Source: Candidatus Helarchaeota archaeon
GTDB taxonomy: Archaea; Asgardarchaeota; Lokiarchaeia; Helarchaeales; RDOG01
Assembly (NCBI GenBank): GCA_019058315.1
Contig: JAHPZH010000002.1
Coordinates: forward strand, 576,001 to 640,000
Length of the DNA: 64,000 nucleotides
Direction: 5' to 3'
Position numbers and translations under genes: made by a program. The notes under the pieces are model-generated. The model was given only the letters and a program-made list of their open reading frames with translations, was not told the origin of the DNA and ran no database searches. Shown here piece by piece: positions 41,047 to 49,800 of this stretch. Within the stretch, counting starts at the first letter, position 1; each line of letters begins with the position of its first letter.

Positions 41047-44000
41047 TTATTTTTCGTTTTTCTCTTGATTTTTCTCTATTTTCCTCATTTCATCATGGAT
41101 TTTCTTGACTTCAGTAGCTTCTTTTTTTGGTTCTTTTTTAATCAGCTTGATTAAATATAAACTCAAACCTACCGAAATACCACCAATGACAATAATATAG
41201 ATAAGAAGATATTCTAAATTACTTTTTTGACTTGAACTAGCCATTAAATACAAATCAATGATATTTGGTTTGATATGAATAATCACAGTATCTGGAACAC
41301 CATAATTTCCATTACTATCATAAAAAACAATTGTATAATTGAAATCACCAAAATAATCTGTGTTTATTGGAACGTTTAGGTCTGTATTATTCGTCCATGG
41401 AATCCATTCAGAAGGTTTACCATTTATGTAAACACAATATAAACCTTCATCAAAATCATCAAATAATCTCCAATGTATGAATGAAGTTTCAGTTCTGATA
41501 GTTACCATATTATTAGGATGGTTTGAAGTAGGTATGAGTTCCCATAAAAGTACAAACAAAGTTGTTGAGTTTCCTCTTAATCCATAACTATCGTAATATT
41601 CAAAAGTAAAATTAAAGTATCCAACCTCAGTTCTATTAATTTCAAGGTTTAAATCTGTATTATTTACCCAAGTATACCATATGCTCGGAGTTCCATTAAT
41701 CCAGACTCTATATTGCCCAGCTCCAAGGTCATCTCTTATTACTAAGTGTATCAGTTCTGGCCCATAAATATAACTTGTAATATTATCTAGTTGAGTGGCT
41801 GTAGGTGGAAAATTAACAAGAAGAAAGACCGTATCACTCCCCCAATTACCATGAGAATCGTTAAATAATATTGTGTAATTATAAATTCCTGACTTATTTG
41901 TTGATATATTATAATATATTGATGTGTAATTATTCCAAGTTGCCCATGAACAATTTGGAGTTCCATTCAATAAAACCTGATAAAATCCCGTTCCATAATC
42001 ATCCCAAAGAATCCATTGTATCTGTTCACTTCCTTTTACATTAGCTGTTATATTCAAAGGGCTATTTGACTTTGGTTCAAAGTCAATAGTGATAATTACT
42101 GTGTCTGGGAAGCCAAAATTATTGAATGAATCATTATAGATAATAGTATAATTATAAATTCCCGAAAAATTTCGATCAATATTATAATTTAATGGTGTAT
42201 TATTGTACCATCTAGTCCAATTATTGTGAGGAGTTCCATTTATTAATACTTGAAAAAATCCTTCACCATAATCATCCCAAAGAATCCAATTAATTACTTC
42301 ATCTCCTGAAGAATTTGTAATAATATCTAATGGATTATTAATTGTTGGAGGAAAATCTGGAAGAATTTCAACTATAATAAAATCTGTTAAACCTTTGTTT
42401 CCATATGAATCGTTAAATTCAATAGAATAATTATATATACCGAATTGAGTTCTATTAATATCGTAATAAATTGGTGTATTATTTGTCCAGATAGTCCAAG
42501 AACAGTCTGGACTCCCATTTATTAAAACCCGATAAAATCCTGGTATAAAATCATCCCAAAGAATCCATTCTATTTGTTCAGTTCCTGTTGTATTAGTAAT
42601 GATATCTGGAGGATGCGTACTTTGAGGAGGTAAATCTGGAATTATATTTACCCATACAAGATCAGGTTCTCCATAATTCCCAAATGAGTCATTAAATTCT
42701 ATTGTATAATTAAAAAAACCTGCTGTACTTTTATTAACTTCGTAATTAATAGATGTGTTATTGAACCAAACATCCCATGAACTATCTGGAGTTCCGTTAA
42801 CTAATACCCGATAAAATCCTGTTCCCAGATCATCCCATAAAGTCCAATTTATGTAAGCATTATAATATAAATCTGTATTTACATCATCAGGGTGATTAGA
42901 AATCGGAGGATTTTCATCAATAAACTCAATTTGTGTTTGTCCAATTACCGGAAATGAAAGATTATATACAGAGATATTTGCAATTCCAATAATTGGAATT
43001 GATTGAAGAGTAAAATTTATAGTTCCATTTTTTATTGAGATTTGAACTCCAGATGTCGCAAAATCTTCATCAGAAGTAATGATATTTCCCAAATCTGTCG
43101 ATACTGTAATTAATGTTCCATTTTCTAATTCAACTCCATTTTTATTGTATAATTTTCCTGAAATGATATTTGTTGTGCTTATTCCATCTGCTGTAATATT
43201 ATTTTTAGAAGGGGTGAGATTAACATCAACATATGGATTACCATTTTTCAACCAACATTCTAAAAATAGAAATAAAGGTGAAAAATCTCTTTCATTTGTA
43301 ATAATATCAGTATCCCCAATTACCATTATACTGGAATTATAAATAATTAATGGAGTTGGAATAATATCTCCTTTAGTATATTGAAGAGGGGCATCGTTAC
43401 TATAACCTAAAGAGGAATTTCCTTCTCCCCATGATGTACTTTTACCTTGGGCAAATATTTTTAAAACTGGATTAGTTGAATCTACTACAGAACTTTGAAA
43501 AGCTGTAAATTCTAAACCAGGAATAATACCTTGTATTTGAGGATATATCAAATTATTTCTGTAATTAAAAGTGTTATCGCAGATTAAGTGATGGGTTAAA
43601 TTAAGATCATAATTTTTTAAAACAGAATTAATTGGATTCCAGATTGGGTTAAATCCAAATGCATCTAGGATTAAATTAAAAATATTTTTAGTCGAGATTG
43701 TTGTATAACTTTCTCCCAGGACCAATAATCTATTTGAGGCTAATATATTTGTAATTTGATTGTTTGAATAATTTTGTAACGGATTTGCTATACAAACAGC
43801 ATCAAAATTTGAAGTATTAAGCTCAAATTCGGAAGCAAAGACTGAAAAATTATTATTTCGAAGATATTTTGAAAAATTATATAATCCGCTTAGAATTGGC
43901 TCTGTTCTTCTGCTAAAATTAACTTCTGATATTAATACATTTCTTATTGGACATATCGGTTTTAAAAAATATACAGTAGAAATTTTAAATTCAACTGAAT

Positions 44001-45114
44001 TATTCACTATAAATTTTATGAATCCATCAGTATTTACAGTTATATTCCAGCTTGTCCAACTTCCCGCATTTATTCGTTGAGTAGGATTTACTGAACCACC
44101 TAAAATTTCAGTAGAAATATTATAAATTCCATTGGTTGTTAAGTTTAATAAAAAATAATCAGCAGTAAATAAATTATATTGTGGTATAACCTTGATTGAA
44201 TTAGAATTATATGATTTATTGGCTAAATATTCAAAAATTTTTAATGCAAATTTAGAATTATTTCCTATTTTTATTCCAAATCCTCTATCTTTTCCAACTC
44301 CATCATCTCCATTCCAAATAAATTCACTATCTGTTACACAAACCACTCTTCCCTCCCCATATTCATATTTCGCACCTACTGTTGCATTAGGGATTGGACT
44401 TGAATAATTAGATGCATAAGCTATTGGAATTACGCCCTCTCCCATAGTTAAAGAAGCTGCTGCAAAGAAGGTTACATTATCTATATCAAAATATGAAGAA
44501 TTGAAATTTATCCAATTAGGAGTTTTATAATAATAGGAATCAGTGACACTGTCATTATTAATTGACATATTAAAATTTACTAATAATTTATTTTGAAAAG
44601 TAGCTAATCCCCATTCATTATCATGTTCACCAATAACTAAAACACCACCTCCTTGCTCTACAAACTGCATTATTAATGTTACTTCTTGGTCAGTATATGT
44701 CTGATATTTAGCTACATTCAAAACAAGAATATCATCTTCTCTCAATGATGGGATTGTTTCGTTTAAGTAATTTGTGCTTGCACTGATTCTAAAATCATTA
44801 TTCATTAACAATATTGTAAGATCTGAATATCCAATAAACCCTGTATCCCAAACGGACCAAACTTGATGGTGTGAGGTGTCAAAAACAATATTTACATCTG
44901 AAAAATTCGATGTTTGATTTAAATCTAATGAATAAATTTTATTTTTTTGATTTGGGAGTTTATTAAACCCAAGAAAGAGATTTTTATTATATGAATTAGA
45001 AAGATGATAGAAATTAATTGGCATTAATAATAAGAATAAAGTCATCGAACCTAGAATAAAAAAAAATAGTTTAGCCAAAAAATTGGATTCCCTAATTCGT
45101 AATTTTAACACCAA
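41047..45114 (-). CDS. 1355-aa surface protein: two GIFT/DUF4350 (GATase-like) domains, an invasin-type Ig domain, six tandem Ig-like repeats, C-terminal TM
   Basis: IVFDTSH...FVEQGGGVLVIGE...GRVVCVTDSE; second copy with VIGDTD; ITADGISTT...VSTDLG (Big_1-like); tandem repeats; TM plus Lys/Glu tail. Confidence 0.82.
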   Translation of the reverse strand: MVLKLRIRESNFLAKLFFFILGSMTLFLLLMPINFYHLSNSYNKNLFLGFNKLPNQKNKIYSLDLNQTSNFSDVNIVFDTSHHQVWSVWDTGFIGYSDLTILLMNNDFRISASTNYLNETIPSLREDDILVLNVAKYQTYTDQEVTLIMQFVEQGGGVLVIGEHDNEWGLATFQNKLLVNFNMSINNDSVTDSYYYKTPNWINFNSSYFDIDNVTFFAAASLTMGEGVIPIAYASNYSSPIPNATVGAKYEYGEGRVVCVTDSEFIWNGDDGVGKDRGFGIKIGNNSKFALKIFEYLANKSYNSNSIKVIPQYNLFTADYFLLNLTTNGIYNISTEILGGSVNPTQRINAGSWTSWNITVNTDGFIKFIVNNSVEFKISTVYFLKPICPIRNVLISEVNFSRRTEPILSGLYNFSKYLRNNNFSVFASEFELNTSNFDAVCIANPLQNYSNNQITNILASNRLLVLGESYTTISTKNIFNLILDAFGFNPIWNPINSVLKNYDLNLTHHLICDNTFNYRNNLIYPQIQGIIPGLEFTAFQSSVVDSTNPVLKIFAQGKSTSWGEGNSSLGYSNDAPLQYTKGDIIPTPLIIYNSSIMVIGDTDIITNERDFSPLFLFLECWLKNGNPYVDVNLTPSKNNITADGISTTNIISGKLYNKNGVELENGTLITVSTDLGNIITSDEDFATSGVQISIKNGTINFTLQSIPIIGIANISVYNLSFPVIGQTQIEFIDENPPISNHPDDVNTDLYYNAYINWTLWDDLGTGFYRVLVNGTPDSSWDVWFNNTSINYEVNKSTAGFFNYTIEFNDSFGNYGEPDLVWVNIIPDLPPQSTHPPDIITNTTGTEQIEWILWDDFIPGFYRVLINGSPDCSWTIWTNNTPIYYDINRTQFGIYNYSIEFNDSYGNKGLTDFIIVEILPDFPPTINNPLDIITNSSGDEVINWILWDDYGEGFFQVLINGTPHNNWTRWYNNTPLNYNIDRNFSGIYNYTIIYNDSFNNFGFPDTVIITIDFEPKSNSPLNITANVKGSEQIQWILWDDYGTGFYQVLLNGTPNCSWATWNNYTSIYYNISTNKSGIYNYTILFNDSHGNWGSDTVFLLVNFPPTATQLDNITSYIYGPELIHLVIRDDLGAGQYRVWINGTPSIWYTWVNNTDLNLEINRTEVGYFNFTFEYYDSYGLRGNSTTLFVLLWELIPTSNHPNNMVTIRTETSFIHWRLFDDFDEGLYCVYINGKPSEWIPWTNNTDLNVPINTDYFGDFNYTIVFYDSNGNYGVPDTVIIHIKPNIIDLYLMASSSQKSNLEYLLIYIIVIGGISVGLSLYLIKLIKKEPKKEATEVKKIHDEMRKIEKNQEKNEK
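41270..42918 (-). repeat. Six tandem ~91-aa Ig-like coding repeats
   Basis: Consensus P-x-S-N-H-P...W-I-L-W-D-D-x-G-x-G-F-Y-x-V-x-I-N-G-T-P...W-x-N-N-T...N-Y-T-I-x-F-N-D-S-x-G-N. ATCATCCCAAAGAATCCA recurs about every 275 bp. Confidence 0.92.
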
Positions 45115-45293
45115 TTGAATTTAATCAAATTTTACGTGATTATATTATTTCAAAATTTAGATATATTTTTCTTTCTTTTTTTAAAGGAACATCATGATTT
45201 ATCAAAACTAAAGCTAAATATTCACATTTAAGAAATAATATAATAATTTTCAATATACCCATTAAATTAAATGTCGATTTCGGTGATTTCTAT

Positions 45294-46001
45294 TTGGTAC
45301 TAGATATAGTCCAAAAAAGATGGAAAACTGCTATTAAAAAACAGTTTGGGAAAGGGTGGTTTCTAAATAAAAATAGGGTGGCATTTAAATTACGTTATAA
45401 AATGGTAAAGCAATTTTTATCCCAAAATAAACAAATAATTCTATTAGATATTGGAACTGCTGATGGTGAGATGTTATATAAACTAAATAATAACTCCCCT
45501 TTAAATATTTATTCTGTTGGTATTGAAATTTCTTCTGATTGTTTGAAATATGCTCGAATATTTTTTAATAAATCGAAAAAAAAACAAAATCTTAATTTTA
45601 TTAATGCTGACTCCGATTTTTTGCCTTTAAGAAATGAAATTTTTAATTTCATAATTGGAACCGCTTTAATCGAACACGTTCCTGATCCATATAAAACTAT
45701 CAAAGAAATTAAACGAGTTGGAATTAAAGGTTCTCGAATATTATTAACAACCCCAAATCCCTTATATCAACCATTATATAAATTATTAGCAAAATTAAAA
45801 TTAAAATATAAAGAGGGTAGATTTAACAACTTTCAAAAACTATCAAGTCTAAAGAATATATTTAAAAAATTAAAATTAAAGATTTCTTATAGTTCTGGTT
45901 TTTCGGCTATTTCTTCTATTATTGATAAAATTTTATCCAAAATTTCTTTTAGAGGATATCATATTTTAATTAATCAAGTAATAATTGGAGAAAAAAAGTA
46001 G
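45294..46001 (+). CDS. Class I SAM-dependent methyltransferase
   Basis: LLDIGTADG, GIEIS, LPLRNEIF, LIEHV and TTPN motifs. Confidence 0.88.
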   Translation: MVLDIVQKRWKTAIKKQFGKGWFLNKNRVAFKLRYKMVKQFLSQNKQIILLDIGTADGEMLYKLNNNSPLNIYSVGIEISSDCLKYARIFFNKSKKKQNLNFINADSDFLPLRNEIFNFIIGTALIEHVPDPYKTIKEIKRVGIKGSRILLTTPNPLYQPLYKLLAKLKLKYKEGRFNNFQKLSSLKNIFKKLKLKISYSSGFSAISSIIDKILSKISFRGYHILINQVIIGEKK

Positions 46002-46026
46002 TAATTAACTGATTCAATAATTGAAT

Positions 46027-46512
46027 CTATTTTATAAATTCATTTAAAAAACCAACAAGTGCTTCTCTATGTTCAGGCATTATTGCACTTATTCCAATAG
46101 TTGGGAGGTCAAAAAATTTCATTGCTGCTGTGGGGTCCAGAGATTCTTCTAAATCTTGTTTATTCGCAATTACGCAGAATTCAGCATCTGGGGATAGTTC
46201 AGATAATTTATTAATTAGTTGTTTGCATGCAAGCATATTGCGAAATTTAGTAACTACAAATACAATTAAATTTGCATTTTGAACGAATGATGTATGCTTA
46301 CCTGAAGAAATTAATTCAGGTGTTGTAGATACTAATAATGCGTTATAGATATCGGTCGCAGTAGCTAATTGACCTTTTTTCATAACACTTTCAGGGATGT
46401 TCTTAGCCATAATTGGCAAACTCTTTAATTCTAACAATAAATTAATAATAGTTCTTTTCCCAACCCCTGGATTTCCGATAAAAACAACTTTTAAATTTAT
46501 TTCTTCAGACAT
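46027..46512 (-). CDS. Degenerate small GTPase-like protein (Ras/Arf fold)
   Basis: KVVFIGNPGVGKRT (G1), ANKQD (G4) and ISA (G5); the G3 DxxG motif is absent. Confidence 0.8.
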   Translation of the reverse strand: MSEEINLKVVFIGNPGVGKRTIINLLLELKSLPIMAKNIPESVMKKGQLATATDIYNALLVSTTPELISSGKHTSFVQNANLIVFVVTKFRNMLACKQLINKLSELSPDAEFCVIANKQDLEESLDPTAAMKFFDLPTIGISAIMPEHREALVGFLNEFIK

Positions 46513-46651
46513 TTTTTTCCCTCTTTGTTAAATTTTGATAAATAAAAAATCTAATAATCTTTGTTAAACTTTTCTTTATACCTTTTTTTTGTAAAAATAA
46601 TCTTTAAAAATCAATATTTTTGTATAATTCGAATTTTAAAATATTATCTGA

Positions 46652-46673
46652 ATATGGTAACATGTCAACATAT
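46652..46673. promoter_or_regulatory. Imperfect 22-bp palindrome in the divergent intergenic region (candidate operator)
   Basis: ATATGGTAACATGTCAACATAT matches its reverse complement at 18/22 positions. Confidence 0.4.
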
Positions 46674-46873
46674 CCCGTCATGAAGTAGAAATATATAATC
46701 AAAAATAAGCAATTTGTAATAAGAGTCGATAATTACGCCTTTACATTTTTAATAATAAGTGCGTTTCTATCGAATTCTTTATATTTTATAATAAAATTAA
46801 TAAAAAATAAAAAAAATCTATTAAAATCTATCAATAAATAAACTAGTTTTTACTAATATACGGAGATTTTAAG

Positions 46874-49800
46874 ATGGCAAGTTTTATTCGCAAAAATTGG
46901 CTTAGAACTATTGTAATTATTGGACTTTTCGCTGCAGCTGGTGCTGCACCAACTATAATTGAACAACAAATGTTACCATTGGTCCAATTATCCGGTTTAG
47001 TTACTGATTACTATAACCCCCTTTCAGGGGATTTAAATATCGAAGATATTATTAATAATATTGTATCAATAAACGTTCTAGCAACAAGTGCTACTCAAAC
47101 TACTCTTTTAATTACGACTTATATCGTGAACCAACCTTATAATTTCTATCCAATGAAAATTCCTGCGCTAGATCTGGATTTATACTACAGGGCAGGTCGT
47201 CCATATGACAGTGAAAAGCAAATCATTCAGCAATTTAAAGCTGATCCTAATTTTGGTAGTTTAAAGGAGCCTATTTATGATCCTTTAAGCTATTCATGGG
47301 TTCGTACAATGAACATAATAATACCAAATGAAGTCAATATCCCAGTAGGAACACCTGGTCTTGTTAATGTATTGATAACAATGTATACTAATGGTCAAGA
47401 TGAGAACGCATTATCCCAAATGATTAGTACTATAATTAGAGAAGAAAAAATCCCTTCACAAAGACTTTTTGCAAGTGGAAATGTTTTCTTTATGGGAGTT
47501 CCTGTTCCTATATCCCTTGAAATCCCAGAATTCGCAATGCCTACTTCTGATGAAGAAGGTGCAGGTTTAACTGATTTGCTCTCTACATTTTTCTTAGATA
47601 TGGTTCCTGAAACAGATGATTTGGACTTTTTCCATTTAGCGGATATAAGGAATTATGATGATCAAAACAGAAATTTTTATCGTGACTGGAATGATACTAT
47701 TCTAAATGGATTAAAAGATGAAGGAGAAAATTTCACAGAGCCGCTTCTTGAAAACGGAACAATATCAGCTACTGCATTTTTAAGATTGACAGACAAATTG
47801 TCTATTGGCGGAGGGTCTGTCGAAATACCATCCTCCCCTTGGAATGTACAAGAAGGTCAAAATCAAACTACTGGTCTTCTAAATTATGGTGATTTAAGTT
47901 ATTGGGATTCAGAAAACATATTTGGTGAGACCAGATATACACCAAAAACAGAAATTGAAAATACTGTTTGGGGAACTGCTGAGCAACAACTTCTATTATA
48001 TGTTCCTGGTAGCCTCGCTGAGAGAATGAATCAGCCTAATTGGAGGAACCGTATTATAGGAGCAATTGGGTTCAATCGAAGTCAGTCAATGTCTCTAGAG
48101 AGTAGAGGCTCTTCCGTACCACTTCTTCTAAGTGCAGACATTAAAATTACAGGAGACGCCAGACCAAATGCAAATTTTACATCAGGAGATGCAATTAATA
48201 CTTTTATTCCACAACTAATAGATTATGGAAACGTTTCATTAGGAATTGTGGGAAATATAAAGGTGAAACTAGGTGAAATGCCACTTAGTTTAACTATTAA
48301 ATTAGAATTAGAACAAGATACCTCAAGTCTTTTGGGTGGAAGTTCGTCCAGTGTTGGAGCCTCGGGTCTTAGTGCCCTTCAGAATGGCGGTACAAGTACC
48401 TCAAGTATATTTGATATGATATTTGGGTATTTCAGTTTGAATAATATACTATTTAATGGGCTTGCTATGGATGTTTACAATAAAATCATGCAAGTAAACT
48501 CAACACTCGGTTTGGATTTATTCTTCCCTTACGGAATATACTTCCCTGATACCCCCGAAGAGGCAGAACAATTTCTAAGTTTGCAAGGTGGTCCAATCCA
48601 AATTTTCAATCAGTCAAAACCTGGAGAATGGGGATATTTAAATCAAACTTTTCCCTATAATAAGCCTGATGTAGTAATTAATGAGGATTTCGAAAGTTAT
48701 ACTGATGATAACGCGTGGCAAACAACTTCTCGATGGACAATTTACAATGAATCTGGTTCAGATATAACACTAGATTTATTCTCTGGAAAGTTAGGCTCCA
48801 GAGGGCTGATATATAATTCTGATGGTTCAGCAGATTGTCATATTGAAAACAGCTTTTCACAACAATTAGGTATATCCGGATTTTATTTTGATGTTAAAAT
48901 TAATACAACTCAAGGAGAATTCACCGCACTCCTACATAATAGTTCATCACCTATTATGAACTTAACAATTGATAGTCTTGGTAATATAAAAGTAAATGGA
49001 TTACAGAGTGCAAGGATTAATAATAATACAGATTCTTGGTATAGAATCTTTGTAACAACAAATTCTGATCCAATTGGGACATTTGATGTTACAATCGCTG
49101 GTATTGTAAATGAAACTCACACTGGAACAGGGGCAGAATCTCAATTCTGGCTTCCAAATATTATAACATCTGGAGATATCATCACAATTTACGCAATTAA
49201 TGAACAAGATGCTGAAGTTTCATTTGATGGTAATGATGTTAAGAACAATTTTGCTGTCAATCAGACTTTAGATAACATCTATTATGTAATGATAAATGAA
49301 TCATTTGATGGAGATGGCACAACATCAGACTTTACATTTGCTAATATAGCAAATACAACTGGAGCAACTGATGCAATAGTAGAAGTATTAATGTATAACG
49401 CTACAAATTCTACTCAAAAACAAGTCTTTACACATACAGCTGGTGTTCCTTCTGCTGGATATGAATATACGAGAAGTTCACAACAGATTTTCCTTTATAA
49501 TGCAGGAGTACTTTATAATCCGCCTATTGGATTCAAAATTAACACTACATTCTATGTAGAGGAAGATAATTATGATGCAATAACTGGCAATACAGTTCTT
49601 AGATTTCTATATAATCCCCCAGCAGACAATGCTACTGTGACTATAAGCTTTCATACAATTGATCGTCCAGTCTTTACGTATACAACATCACCAAGTACTG
49701 GATATCAATATAGATGGAATCCTACTTATAATCGAGTTGATTTATATTTAGATGGTTCTGATTATCTACTACCACTAAATTATGAACTATTCATCGATTA

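Noticed and set aside
41990-42570. Recurrent 18-mer ATCATCCCAAAGAATCCA as a possible CRISPR or REP repeat
   Set aside because: Spacing is ~275 bp and in frame; it encodes WILWDD in the Ig-like protein repeats.
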